Counted from the first letter of the stretch, positions 9,434 to 19,694 are shown. The stretch: 64,000 nucleotides of DNA from Sedimentisphaerales bacterium (GCA_963708075.1 OY970194.1:608001-672000), one strand, 5' to 3'. The notes: generated from the letters alone by a model not told the origin. Made by a program: numbers and translations.

Positions 9434-10981
9434 ATGGCTAGAATGAGTACATCAGAAAAAGCGTTACTGTCTGGAAATGAGGCGTTAGTACAGGGGGCCT
9501 ATGAGGCCGGCCTGAGCGTGGCGTGTGCCTATCCCGGGACACCGTCCACGGAGATTCTCGAGACCCTGGCGCAACTGCCGGACGTGGATGTGCAGTGGTC
9601 GGTCAACGAGAAGGTGGCCTTTGAGGTCGCGCTTGGCGCGGCCATCGCGGGGGCTCGCAGCCTGTTTGCGTGCAAACATGTGGGCCTGAACGTCGCGATG
9701 GACCCCTTGATGACTTCGTCATATACAGGGGTGCAGGCCGGGTTCGTGGTGGTCGTTTGTGACGATCCCGGCATGCACTCCTCGCAAAACGAGCAGGACA
9801 CCCGCTGGGTGGCTCTGTACGCCAAGGTGCCCATGCTCGAACCTTCCTGCCCCTCGGAAGCCAGGGAATTCGTCAAAGAGGCGTTCAAGATCAGCGAACG
9901 CTTCGACACACCCGTCATCGTCAGGATGACCACACGCGTCTCGCACACGAAAGAGAATGTCGCGTTGGGCAAGCGCGAGGTGCCGCCGAGACCGGAGTTC
10001 GAGAGGAATATCCCCAAGTACGTGATGGTCCCCGGCAATGCCCGTCAGCGGCATATCTTCGTTGAGAAGAGACTTGGGCAGCTTACGGCGGTGTCGGAGC
10101 GAAGCCGTTTCAATCGCGTCGAGCGGGGCGACAACAAGATCGGATTCATCACATCGAGTGTCTCATACCAGTACCTCAAGGAGAACTATCCCGATGCGTC
10201 ATATCTGAAGCTTGGGATGAGCTACCCATTCTGCGACGACAAGATCAAGGCGTTCGCCAAGAGCGTCAAGAAGCTCTTTGTCGTCGAAGAACTGGACCCG
10301 TTCATCGAAGAGCACGTCAAGGCGTTGGGCTTGAAGGTCCGGGCCAAGGACCCCTCGTTCCGCATCGGGGAGCTGACGCCGGAACTGATCCCGGCGATCG
10401 TGGCGGGCAAGGCCAAGCAGGAGGTGAAGTCGGCCGCGCGAAAGCCCCGGCTTTGCCCGGAATGTCCGCACTGGGCGACGTTCGCGGCCTTGAAGAAGCT
10501 GGACTGCTACGTGGCCGGTGACATCGGCTGCTACACGCTGGCCTGCCTGCCGCCCATGTCGGCCCTGCATTCGTGCCTGTGCATGGGGGCGGGCGTGACG
10601 TTCCACGAGGGCTGGCGCAAGGGCGCTCCCGGCAAGAGAATCGTCGGAGTCCTGGGCGACTCCACGTTCGTCCACTCGGGCATCACCGGGCTGATCAATG
10701 CCGCATACAACAAGGTCAAAGGCGTCATTCTCGTCCTCGACAACTCCACGACCGCGATGACGGGTGGGCAGCAGCACCCCGCCACGGGCCTGACCATCCG
10801 GAACGAGCCTACGAAGAAGCTGATTCTCGAAGATCTCTGTCGGGCGTGCGGCGTCGATAACGTGGATGTCGTGGACCCGAAGAATCTGGAGGAGTTCCGG
10901 ACCATTCTCGAGAAACGGGTGAACGAGGATGCCTTGTCCGTGATTATCTCCAGGCACCCATGCAAGCTGCTGAGAAGGTAG
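9434..10981 (+). CDS. iorA: Indolepyruvate:ferredoxin oxidoreductase alpha subunit (no C-terminal ferredoxin domain)
   Basis: SGNEA, YPGTPSTEI, NEKVAFE, KHVGLNVA, DDPGMHSSQNEQD, GDIGCY, GDSTFVHSG..LDNSTTAMTG. Confidence 0.92.
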   Translation: MARMSTSEKALLSGNEALVQGAYEAGLSVACAYPGTPSTEILETLAQLPDVDVQWSVNEKVAFEVALGAAIAGARSLFACKHVGLNVAMDPLMTSSYTGVQAGFVVVVCDDPGMHSSQNEQDTRWVALYAKVPMLEPSCPSEAREFVKEAFKISERFDTPVIVRMTTRVSHTKENVALGKREVPPRPEFERNIPKYVMVPGNARQRHIFVEKRLGQLTAVSERSRFNRVERGDNKIGFITSSVSYQYLKENYPDASYLKLGMSYPFCDDKIKAFAKSVKKLFVVEELDPFIEEHVKALGLKVRAKDPSFRIGELTPELIPAIVAGKAKQEVKSAARKPRLCPECPHWATFAALKKLDCYVAGDIGCYTLACLPPMSALHSCLCMGAGVTFHEGWRKGAPGKRIVGVLGDSTFVHSGITGLINAAYNKVKGVILVLDNSTTAMTGGQQHPATGLTIRNEPTKKLILEDLCRACGVDNVDVVDPKNLEEFRTILEKRVNEDALSVIISRHPCKLLRR

Positions 10982-10994
10982 GTCGCGTCATCCC

Positions 10995-11477
10995 ATGAAT
11001 AAAGTGTACAGCATCACGTTTGGCGGTATCGGCGGGCAGGGGGTTTTGAAAGCGTCGGAGATTTGCGGCTGGGCCGCTATGTTCGCCGGGTACCATGTTA
11101 AGAAATCGGAAGTGCATGGCATGTCTCAGCGGGGGGGCTCGGTCGAATCGCACGTGCGGTTCGGCAAGCGGGTGTTCTCGCCTCTCGTCCCCGCCGGCGG
11201 TGCGGACTTCCTGGTCTGCTTCCATCAGGAAGAGCATCCGAGACTTCTGGGCTTTCTCAAGCCCGACGGTGCGGACCTGACCGGCTACCTGGAGAAAGTC
11301 GAGAAGGCGGTGGAGAATCCTCGCGGCCTCAATACCTGTCTGGTCGGCGTGCTCTCGGCCAAATTGCCCATCAAAGAGGAATATTGGATGAAGGCCATTG
11401 AGGCAGTCTTCAAGGGCAAAGGGGTCGAAGAAAACAAAAAGGTGTTCCTCGATGGGAGGAAGATAGGCCAATCATGA
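10995..11477 (+). CDS. iorB: Indolepyruvate oxidoreductase beta subunit
   Basis: GIGGQGV, SEVHGMSQRGGSV. Confidence 0.9.
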   Translation: MNKVYSITFGGIGGQGVLKASEICGWAAMFAGYHVKKSEVHGMSQRGGSVESHVRFGKRVFSPLVPAGGADFLVCFHQEEHPRLLGFLKPDGADLTGYLEKVEKAVENPRGLNTCLVGVLSAKLPIKEEYWMKAIEAVFKGKGVEENKKVFLDGRKIGQS

Positions 11478-12775
11478 TCTGGAAAGAAAACGTCGAATGC
11501 GCGAGGCCAGCGGACCTGAAGGCATTGCAGTCCGCGCACCTGAGAAAACTCATTCCCTACATCTACAACAATTGTCCCGTCTACAAGCAGAAGCTCCATG
11601 CCGCGGGTATCTCGCCGGACAAGATCAAGTCCATCGATGACATCCGGCGGCTGCCGTTCACGACGAAAGAGGACATGCGGGACAATTATCCCTACGGCCT
11701 GTTCTCCTGTCCGCAGAACCGCATCAACGAGATTCACATCTCCAGCGGCACAACGGGCAATCCGACGCTCGTAGGATACACCAAGGACGACCTGAAGCTC
11801 TGGGGGGACGTCATGGCCCGGGTCTTGGGCTGCGCGGGGGCGGAGCCGGGCGACACGATCCAGATCGCTTACGGGTACGGACTGTTCACAGGCGGCCTGG
11901 GGTTCCACTACGGCGCTCTGGAGATGGGCCTTCGCATCATTCCGACGTCGTCGGGCCAGACCGCTCGGCAGCTCAAGTTGATGCAGGATTTCAAGCCGCG
12001 AATCGTCGCCTGCACTCCCAGTTACATGCTCTACATGGCCGAGGAGGCCAAGGAGTTGGGCATCGATCCGACCAAAGGCAACTGGAAGATCGGCATTTTC
12101 GGAGCCGAGCCGTGGAGCGAATCGATGCGGCATGAGATCGAATCGATTTGGAACATGCTGGCGACGGACGTCTACGGCCTTTCCGAAATCATCGGCCCAG
12201 GCGTTGCCCAGGAATGCACGCATAAGGACGGGTTGCACATCTTCAGCGATGTGTTTTATCCCGAGATCATCAATCCCCAGACGGGCGAGCCGGTGGCCGA
12301 AGGCGAGGACGGCGAACTGACGATTACTACGCTGACCAAGCAGGGGATCCCGCTGATTCGCTACGGGACCCGCGACGTGGTCAGCATCCGGTATGACAAG
12401 TGCCGTTGCGGCCGGACGAGTCCTCGCATCAGCAAGATCAAGGGACGCACGGACGACATGATCGTCGTGCGCGGAATCAACGTCTTTCCGTCCCAGATCG
12501 AGCACGTGCTCGTCGGCATCGAAGGCACGCAGCCGCACTACCAGATCATCGTCGATCGCCAGGCGCACCAGCTCGATGAGGTCGAGGTGCTCGTCGAGGT
12601 CGAGCAGAGGTTCTTCTCCGATGAGATCAAACACCTCAACGAGCTGCGCGAGAAGATCAAAAAGGAGATCGCGAACGTGCTCTCGATCGGCGTCAAGGTG
12701 ACGCTCGTCGAGCCCAAGACGATCAAACGCAGCGAAGGCAAGGCGCAACGCATCGTGGACAAGCGAAAACTATAA
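11474..12775 (+). CDS. paaK: Phenylacetate--CoA ligase (copy 1)
   Basis: LPFTTK, SSGTTG, YGLFTGGLG, GAEPWS, YGLSE, GRTDDM, GINVFPSQIE. Confidence 0.93.
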   Translation: MIWKENVECARPADLKALQSAHLRKLIPYIYNNCPVYKQKLHAAGISPDKIKSIDDIRRLPFTTKEDMRDNYPYGLFSCPQNRINEIHISSGTTGNPTLVGYTKDDLKLWGDVMARVLGCAGAEPGDTIQIAYGYGLFTGGLGFHYGALEMGLRIIPTSSGQTARQLKLMQDFKPRIVACTPSYMLYMAEEAKELGIDPTKGNWKIGIFGAEPWSESMRHEIESIWNMLATDVYGLSEIIGPGVAQECTHKDGLHIFSDVFYPEIINPQTGEPVAEGEDGELTITTLTKQGIPLIRYGTRDVVSIRYDKCRCGRTSPRISKIKGRTDDMIVVRGINVFPSQIEHVLVGIEGTQPHYQIIVDRQAHQLDEVEVLVEVEQRFFSDEIKHLNELREKIKKEIANVLSIGVKVTLVEPKTIKRSEGKAQRIVDKRKL

Positions 12776-12785
12776 GGGGCAGCAG

Positions 12786-13217
12786 ATGAGGATTACACAG
12801 ATTTCCGTGTTCTTGGAGAACCGCCAGGGCCGGCTCTATGATGTTTGCTCGCTCCTGGGCAACAATAACGTGAACATTCGGGCATTGACCATTGCGGAGA
12901 CGGAAAGCTTCGGCGTCCTGCGGATCGTCGTGGACAAGTCCGACGCGGCGATCAAGCTGCTTCGCGAGAACCAGTTCGTCGCCAACTTCACGGACGTGAT
13001 CGCGATCGAGGTGCCGGACAAGCCCGGCGGACTGGCCTCCATTTTGAAGGTTCTCGCCGAGAACGAGGTCAATATCGAGTACATGTATGGCTTCGTGGAG
13101 AAGTTCAGCGACAAGGCCCTGCTGGTGATGCGATTCGAGGACACGGACTTTGCCCAGCAGATCCTGTCCAAGCACAACGTCCACGTAGTCGCCGAGAAGG
13201 ATATACAGGGGCTCTAA
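12786..13217 (+). CDS. Tandem ACT-domain protein (copy 1)
   Basis: QISVFLENRQGRL, NIRALTIAET, VPDKPGGLA, NIEYMY. Confidence 0.9.
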   Translation: MRITQISVFLENRQGRLYDVCSLLGNNNVNIRALTIAETESFGVLRIVVDKSDAAIKLLRENQFVANFTDVIAIEVPDKPGGLASILKVLAENEVNIEYMYGFVEKFSDKALLVMRFEDTDFAQQILSKHNVHVVAEKDIQGL

Positions 13218-13218
13218 C

Positions 13219-13304
13219 AATTGCGGATTGATGATTGCGGATTGCGGATTGCGGATTGCGGATTCGATCCCTAATCCGCAATCCGAAATCCGAAATCCGA
13301 AATC
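13219..13304. repeat. Inverted heptamer array (GATTGCG)n / (CGAAATC)n
   Basis: About six GATTGCG-like units followed by about four complementary units, ending 2 nt before ATG 13307. Confidence 0.85.
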
Positions 13305-13306
13305 AT

Positions 13307-14620
13307 ATGGTGGATGTGCCATTTTGGAATAGAGAGATCGAGACGGCGGAGCGAAGCCGGCTCCAGGAGCTTCAGCTCCAGCGGCTGAAAACGATCATCG
13401 GGTGCGCCGTCAGGACGCCTTTCTACAAGAGGAGACTGGGCCAGGCCGGGATCAACTCGCCGGACGATGTCCGAAGCCTCCAGGACCTCCAATGCATTCC
13501 TTTTACCACGAAGGATGATCTGCGCCAGAGCTTTCCAAAGGGTCTGCTGGCCGTGGACATGCGCGAGGTCGTTCGGATTCACTCCTCCAGCGGCACGACG
13601 GGAATCCCCACGGTCATTTACTTCACGCGCAACGATATCGACAGTTGGACGGATCTGCTGGCGCGGAGCATCACGGGAACGGGCGCGACGCCCGACGATG
13701 TGTTCCAGAACATGATGACCTACGGCTTGTTCACCGGCGGGCTCGGCCTGCATTACGGTGCGGAACGCGTCGGCATGACCGTCATTCCCATCGGCGGGGG
13801 CAACACCAAGCGGCAGATCCAGACCATGAAGGACTTTCAGACCACCGTCGTGCACATCACGCCGAGTTATCTGCTGCATATTCATTCGAGACTGGGCGAG
13901 GACGGAATCCATCGGAAGGACCTGGCCCTGCGAAAAGCGTTCATCGGGGCCGAGCCTCACTCCGAGAACACTCGCCGCAAGCTGCAGGACCTGCTGCAGA
14001 TCGACGCATACAACTCCTACGGTTTGAGCGAGTTGAATGGCCCGGGCGTCGCCTTCGAGTGCGTCTGCAAAAAGGACATGCACGTCTGGGAAGACGCCTA
14101 CATTGCCGAAGTCATTGATTCGAAAACCGGCGAGGTCTTGAAGGATGGGCAGGAAGGGGAGTTGGTGCTGACGAATCTCGTTCGGTGTGCGATGCCGATC
14201 CTGAGATATCGCACCCGCGATCTTGCGTTCCTGCATCCGGAAGGCTGCGATTGCGGCCGGACCCACCGGCGACTTTCGAGAATTCTCGGCCGCACAGACG
14301 ACATGCTCATCATCAATGGCGTCAACGTCTTCCCCTCGCAGATCGAGGAGAAGATCATGAAGATCCCTGAGGTGGCGACGAATTACCAGATTCACGTCGA
14401 CAAGAAGGGGGCCCTGGACCGCCTCACGGTCAAGGTGGAAATCTATCCGAAGCTCTTCCTCGGAGAGGTGGCCAGGCTCGAGGCCCTGAGGGACAAGATT
14501 CGGGAGGAACTGCAGGCCTCCATTACGATCGCCCCGGTGGTGGAGCTGCACGAGCCCGGATCGCTGCCGGTGTTCGAGGGCAAGGCGAAACGCGTCGTGG
14601 ATGAGAGGCCCAAGGATTAG
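13307..14620 (+). CDS. paaK: Phenylacetate--CoA ligase (copy 2)
   Basis: IPFTTK, HSSSGTTG, YGLFTGGLG, GAEPHS, YGLSE, GRTDDM; the upstream ORF extension is translated repeat. Confidence 0.92.
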   Translation: MVDVPFWNREIETAERSRLQELQLQRLKTIIGCAVRTPFYKRRLGQAGINSPDDVRSLQDLQCIPFTTKDDLRQSFPKGLLAVDMREVVRIHSSSGTTGIPTVIYFTRNDIDSWTDLLARSITGTGATPDDVFQNMMTYGLFTGGLGLHYGAERVGMTVIPIGGGNTKRQIQTMKDFQTTVVHITPSYLLHIHSRLGEDGIHRKDLALRKAFIGAEPHSENTRRKLQDLLQIDAYNSYGLSELNGPGVAFECVCKKDMHVWEDAYIAEVIDSKTGEVLKDGQEGELVLTNLVRCAMPILRYRTRDLAFLHPEGCDCGRTHRRLSRILGRTDDMLIINGVNVFPSQIEEKIMKIPEVATNYQIHVDKKGALDRLTVKVEIYPKLFLGEVARLEALRDKIREELQASITIAPVVELHEPGSLPVFEGKAKRVVDERPKD

Positions 14621-14631
14621 GACCCGCAAAC

Positions 14632-15066
14632 ATGGCAAAGCAGTTGACCATCTTCGTTGAGAATCGGCCGGGCAGGCTCAAGTCGATTTCTGAGAACCTG
14701 TGCAGGAGCCATATCGATATTCGCGCGTTCACGATTCAGGATCGGGGCGACTACGGCCTGCTCAGGCTCATCGTGGACAAGCCGAATGACGCCTACCTCG
14801 CGCTGGCCGATGTCGGGTGCGCCTGTGCCTTGAAGGACATTCTGGCGGTTTCCGTCCCCGACCAGCCGGGCAATTTCCACAAGCTGACCTCCGCCCTGGC
14901 GGAGAACAGCATCAATGTGCTCGACGCCTACGGATTTGTCCTGCAGCCGCACAAGACCGGCGTGTGCTGCATGGAAATTGACAAACCGCAGATAGCCAAG
15001 GCCGAGGAAGTGATCAAGGCAGCCGGGTTTACCGTGCTCGAGGACGAGGAATTGTACGGCTTGTGA
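14632..15066 (+). CDS. Tandem ACT-domain protein (copy 2)
   Basis: QLTIFVENRPGRL, VPDQPG, NVLDAY. Confidence 0.88.
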   Translation: MAKQLTIFVENRPGRLKSISENLCRSHIDIRAFTIQDRGDYGLLRLIVDKPNDAYLALADVGCACALKDILAVSVPDQPGNFHKLTSALAENSINVLDAYGFVLQPHKTGVCCMEIDKPQIAKAEEVIKAAGFTVLEDEELYGL

Positions 15067-15087
15067 CAAGCGGGAAAGGGCCCGATC

Positions 15088-15930
15088 ATGAGACATGTTC
15101 CATGCACAACGGTCCTCTGCGTGTGTCTTCTGCTTCTGCCTTCCTGCCGCTCTGTGCGTGTGCAGCCCGATCCTGAGCGAGGCATCGCTGCCGCCCCTTT
15201 TGAGTGGCCCGAGGGCAGACGGGCGGCAGTGAGCCTGAGCTTCGATGACGCTCGCGCCAGCCAGTTGGATGCCGGGATTCCTATCCTCGATGCGCATGGC
15301 GTCAAGGCGACGTTCTATGTCTCGATGGACGGACTTGAGAAACGTCTCCCGGACTGGAAGGCCGTGGCGGCCGCCGGGCACGAGATTGGCAATCATTCGA
15401 TACGTCACCCCTGCAGTGGGAACTTCTCGTGGTCGAAGGTCAAAGCCTTGGAGGACTACACGCCGGCCCAGATGGCGGCGGAGCTCGACGCGGCAAACGC
15501 AAAGATCGAGAGTCTGCTGGGCGTCCAGCCGGTGACTTATGCCTATCCCTGCGGCCAGAAATACGTTGGACGCGGCGAGCAGACGAGAAGCTATGTTCCG
15601 CTGATTGCCAAACGCTTCCTGGCGGGCCGCGGCTGGCGCGATGAGGGCGCAAACGATCCGGCGTTTTGCGATCCGGCCCAGTTGATGACGGTTGAATTTG
15701 ACGGGCTGACTTTCGAGCAATTGAAGGTTCTGGTCGATGACGCGGCGAAGAACGGCTTCTGGCTCGTGCTCTGTGGCCACGACATCGGACCTGGCGGCCG
15801 CCAGACGACGCGCGTGGATACATTGCGTGCGTTCTGTGAGTACGCCCGGAACCCTGCAAACGGTCTATGGGTCGATACCGTGGCGAACGTCGCACGCCAT
15901 GTCAGGAACCAGCGAGCCGCCCGCAAGTAG
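15088..15930 (+). CDS. Polysaccharide deacetylase (CE4/NodB) family protein, probable lipoprotein
   Basis: SFDD, HEIGNHSIRHP, YAYPCG; LLPSC lipobox-like signal. Confidence 0.85.
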   Translation: MRHVPCTTVLCVCLLLLPSCRSVRVQPDPERGIAAAPFEWPEGRRAAVSLSFDDARASQLDAGIPILDAHGVKATFYVSMDGLEKRLPDWKAVAAAGHEIGNHSIRHPCSGNFSWSKVKALEDYTPAQMAAELDAANAKIESLLGVQPVTYAYPCGQKYVGRGEQTRSYVPLIAKRFLAGRGWRDEGANDPAFCDPAQLMTVEFDGLTFEQLKVLVDDAAKNGFWLVLCGHDIGPGGRQTTRVDTLRAFCEYARNPANGLWVDTVANVARHVRNQRAARK

Positions 15931-15975
15931 ACTTGGATGATCCCGCCGCACCGGCGGGGAAATGGGAGGAAGAAA

Positions 15976-18327
15976 ATGGCAACACGACTCTCGCTCGTGA
16001 ACTGCACGCTGTTGTTGGCCGGGATCATGTCCCTGCATGGGAACGCACTGGCCGAGACGGACTCGCCGATCTATCGCGACGCGATGCAGCCCGTTGAGGT
16101 CCGGGTCGAAGATCTCCTGCGTCGAATGACGCTCGCAGAGAAAGTCGGCCAGATCAATATGCCGTGCGTCTATGTAGGCGGGCTTGGCTCGGACGTGTCG
16201 AGCAAGACGGAAGGGTGTCGCCAGTTCACGCTGGGCCGGTTGGAGCCGGGGATCGGGCCGGCCGGCGGTTTCTTCACGCTGGCCAACGAGATTCTGCGCG
16301 AAGGGCCGGGTCAGCAGGCAGGATTCTTCAACGCGTTGCAGCAACTGGCAATCAAGCAGACCCGGCTGGGCATTCCTCTGCTGCAAACAGAGGAAGGGAC
16401 CCATGGCATGATGTGTTCGCTGGGGACCATCTTCCCGGAGGGGCCGGGATTGGGAAGCACGTGGAACCTGGACCTCGTCCGGGAGATCTACGCCGCGGCA
16501 GCGAGAGAAGCTCGTGCCGTCGGCATTCACCAGTTGTGTACGCTGGTCGTCGAGCCCATTCGTGATCCTCGCCTGGGCCGAAATCAGGAGGCGTATAGCG
16601 AAGATCCATTCTTCTGCGGCCGCATGGCGCAAACCATCGTTGAGTCGGTCCAGGGCGGTGACATCCGCTCGCCGGAGCATGTCGCCGCTGTTCTGTGCCA
16701 CTATCCGGGCCAGAGTCAGCCGGTGAGCGGCCTGGAGCGGGGAGCGATGGAGATCTCGGAGAGAACCCTGCGAGAGGTCTTCCTCGTGCCCTGGGTGGCG
16801 GGCATAAAGAAAGCCGGCGCGCTTGGCGTGATGGCGACCTATCCGACAATTGACGGCACGCCGGTTCATGCCTCCGAATGGATTCTGACGAAGATTCTCC
16901 GCGAGGAGCTTGGCTTCCAGGGGCTGGTCCTGAGCGAGGGCAGCGGCATCGAGACGATCATCTACGAGCACTTGGCCAGAGACTACAAGGAAGCGGGCGC
17001 GATAGCGCTGAAGGCTGGCGTGGACGTCGGTATCTCCTACGAATCCGCGTACATGCGGGACATGATTGAAAGCGTTGAGCAGGGACTCGTCCCGGAGTCG
17101 CTGCTGGACCGTACTGTGCGTCGCATTCTGAGAATGAAGTTCCGGTTGGGGCTGTTTGAGAATCCGCTTGTTGATGTCGCTCGTGCACAGCAGGTCGTAC
17201 ACAACGCAAAGCATCAGGACTTGGCCCTCCAGGCGGCCCGTGAGAGCATCGTGCTCCTGAAGAACGATGGCAATCTCCTACCGCTGAGCAAGGATCTGGA
17301 TTCCATCGCTATCATCGGCCCGAACGCCGACCACGCCAAGAATCAGTTGGGGGACTACGTGTCGTTGACAGTCTTGCAGGATGTCGTGACCGTTTTTGAG
17401 GGCATCAAGGCGACTGTCTCACCCAAGACGCAGGTGGAGTACGTCAAAGGCTGTGAGGTGGTGGACGCGGGCAATAATGAGATATCCAAGGCGCAGGAGG
17501 CGGCCAGGCGAGCCAAGGTCGCCATCGTCGTGATTGGCGAGAACGAGTGGCGAAGTCCGAAGAAGACCGGGACGGATGGCGAAGGGTATGATGCGGCGAC
17601 GCTGGAACTGACCGGCCTGCAACTGGAGCTGGTCAAGGCTGTGTACGAGACGGGGACGCCGACTGTGGTCGTTCTGATCAACGGTCGCCCCTTGGCGATT
17701 CCCTGGATTGCCGAGCACGTTCCGGCGGTAGTCGAAGCCTGGCTGCCGGGCGAGAAGGGCGGGCTGGCCGTGGCGGACGTACTGTTCGGCGACTACAACC
17801 CCAGCGGCCGGCTCCCGGTAACAGTACCGCGTCACGCAGGCCAACTGCCTGTCTATTACAATCACAAGCCCTCGAAGTCATACTGGATTGAGCACGGCTG
17901 GGGCAAGCCGTACGTGGACATGAATCCCGCACCGCTGTACGAGTTCGGTTACGGCCTGAGCTACGCGAAATTCGAATACAGCAATCTGAAGATTGAACCC
18001 AAGGTCACGGCCGCTGGCGGCTCAGTCCGCGTCAGCGCGGATGTCGAGAACACAGGAGGCCGCCCCGGCGCGGAAGTCGTCCAGCTCTATATCAATGACG
18101 TGATCAGCAGCGTCGTGACGCCTGTGAAGCAATTGAGGGGTTTTGAGAAAATCCCGCTTCGGCCCGGGGAAAAGAAGACGGTCAGCTTTGTTCTTACGCC
18201 TGAACATCTTGCCTTGCTGAATCGTCACCTGGAATGGGTCGTCGAGCCGGGGATATTCAAGGTCATGGTGGGGCACTCTTCGAAAGACATTCGCCTGACA
18301 GGTACGTTTGAAGTAACAGGCCGGTGA
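15976..18327 (+). CDS. Glycoside hydrolase family 3 (beta-glucosidase/xylosidase) with Fn3-like C-terminus
   Basis: MTLAEKVGQ, RLGIP, RDPRLGRNQE, ESIVLLKN, AWLPGE, PSGRLP, FGYGLSY, EVVQLY; GGAGG SD. Confidence 0.93.
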   Translation: MATRLSLVNCTLLLAGIMSLHGNALAETDSPIYRDAMQPVEVRVEDLLRRMTLAEKVGQINMPCVYVGGLGSDVSSKTEGCRQFTLGRLEPGIGPAGGFFTLANEILREGPGQQAGFFNALQQLAIKQTRLGIPLLQTEEGTHGMMCSLGTIFPEGPGLGSTWNLDLVREIYAAAAREARAVGIHQLCTLVVEPIRDPRLGRNQEAYSEDPFFCGRMAQTIVESVQGGDIRSPEHVAAVLCHYPGQSQPVSGLERGAMEISERTLREVFLVPWVAGIKKAGALGVMATYPTIDGTPVHASEWILTKILREELGFQGLVLSEGSGIETIIYEHLARDYKEAGAIALKAGVDVGISYESAYMRDMIESVEQGLVPESLLDRTVRRILRMKFRLGLFENPLVDVARAQQVVHNAKHQDLALQAARESIVLLKNDGNLLPLSKDLDSIAIIGPNADHAKNQLGDYVSLTVLQDVVTVFEGIKATVSPKTQVEYVKGCEVVDAGNNEISKAQEAARRAKVAIVVIGENEWRSPKKTGTDGEGYDAATLELTGLQLELVKAVYETGTPTVVVLINGRPLAIPWIAEHVPAVVEAWLPGEKGGLAVADVLFGDYNPSGRLPVTVPRHAGQLPVYYNHKPSKSYWIEHGWGKPYVDMNPAPLYEFGYGLSYAKFEYSNLKIEPKVTAAGGSVRVSADVENTGGRPGAEVVQLYINDVISSVVTPVKQLRGFEKIPLRPGEKKTVSFVLTPEHLALLNRHLEWVVEPGIFKVMVGHSSKDIRLTGTFEVTGR

Positions 18328-18425
18328 TGAGGCACATGCTCCTTGCCCATTGCACTTTGTGATGAATTGGATATGCTCTGCGGTTTCCGCCCATCCAGGG
18401 GCTTTCGGAGATCGACAGGGTACGT

Positions 18426-19661
18426 ATGAGTCAGCAGTCTCTCAGAGTGCAATGGATACAGTTGCTCGTTCTGTCCGGCGTCCACTTTCTCGTGGACATG
18501 CTGGGGAACCTGCTTCCGGCGATCCTGCCGGTCATCCTCAAGGAGTACGGAATCACCCTGTTTGTAGGTGTGTCCATCCCCATCTTCCTCTCGTTGGCCG
18601 CCAATGGCGTCCAGATCCTGACGGGCCGCATGCGGTCCGACAAGACCACGCCCCTTTTCCTGCATCTCGGAATGATCCTGGCGGCGAGCATGTGCCTTAT
18701 TGCGCTGGCGCCCAGGTCGCCGGCAGGGGTTCTTCTCCTGTTCGCGCTCGGCGTCATCAGCGGCACAGGGGTGGCCGTCGCTCACCCGGAGGGTCTGCGG
18801 GCGGTGCACACTCTGGATCGGATCTCGCCGTCGCTGAGCACGGCGGTGTTCATGACGACCGGGTTCTTCGGCTTTGCCTGCGGCGGGATGATCTCGGCCG
18901 TCCTGGTTGCCTCGCATGGATTGAAGGGGCTCTATCCCCTGGTTGTCTGCCCCGTCGTGGGCATCCTTGCGATAGTCGTGTCGAGGGTCCGTCTGTCGGT
19001 TGACAGCAAGATCGAGCCGGCCAACGGCGGGCAGCCGATACTTCCGTCCGGCTCGGTGCCTTTCTGGAAAGTGCTGCTCATCGGGGTCCCGGCGGCGGTC
19101 TCGACCACGATCGTTCTGCAACTGACGCCGACATACCTGCATGAGATGGGATTTGACCTTACGTTCGGCGGCTTCTCCACGGCGGTTTTCGGCTGGGGCG
19201 GGGCGGTCGGGCCGTTCCTCTGGGCGGCTCTGGCGCACAAGAGAGGGGATCTGTCGTGCTCAGTCTGGGCCTTTCTGCTCTCCGCTCCTTTCATGGTGCT
19301 GTATCTCATGTTCGACGACCGTCCTGCTGCGGCCTGGTTGCTGTTCGGCGTTGGCTTCTCTTCCATGTCCGCCTATATCCTGACCGTCACACTGGCCCGC
19401 GAGGCAAAGGGCCTGAATCTCGGCCATCGCATGGCTCTCATCGTCGGCGGCACCTGGGGCATTTCCATGGTGATTTACCTGGTCTTTGCGGTTGTGGCTG
19501 ATCTGGTAGGTACCGGGCCTGTCCTGAAACTCACGCCTGCAGGGTACCTGCTTTCGGCGATAGTCGCCTTCTACGTGCTGCGGCAACATCCGGAATCCGT
19601 CCGCCGTTTCCGTGCTGTCCCGGCTGTCAATCTGCCGGGTAGTGAGCAAGTATCTGCATAG
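18426..19661 (+). CDS. MFS transporter (Fsr-like)
   Basis: About 12 hydrophobic segments; HFLVD, HPEG motifs. Confidence 0.8.
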   Translation: MSQQSLRVQWIQLLVLSGVHFLVDMLGNLLPAILPVILKEYGITLFVGVSIPIFLSLAANGVQILTGRMRSDKTTPLFLHLGMILAASMCLIALAPRSPAGVLLLFALGVISGTGVAVAHPEGLRAVHTLDRISPSLSTAVFMTTGFFGFACGGMISAVLVASHGLKGLYPLVVCPVVGILAIVVSRVRLSVDSKIEPANGGQPILPSGSVPFWKVLLIGVPAAVSTTIVLQLTPTYLHEMGFDLTFGGFSTAVFGWGGAVGPFLWAALAHKRGDLSCSVWAFLLSAPFMVLYLMFDDRPAAAWLLFGVGFSSMSAYILTVTLAREAKGLNLGHRMALIVGGTWGISMVIYLVFAVVADLVGTGPVLKLTPAGYLLSAIVAFYVLRQHPESVRRFRAVPAVNLPGSEQVSA

Positions 19662-19694
19662 ACTGTCACTGTAAGTTGCTGGGAGGTCCCCGCG

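Noticed and set aside
13235..13306. N-terminal extension MRIADCGLRI... of the second PaaK
   Set aside because: It is the translated heptamer repeat; family similarity starts at ATG 13307
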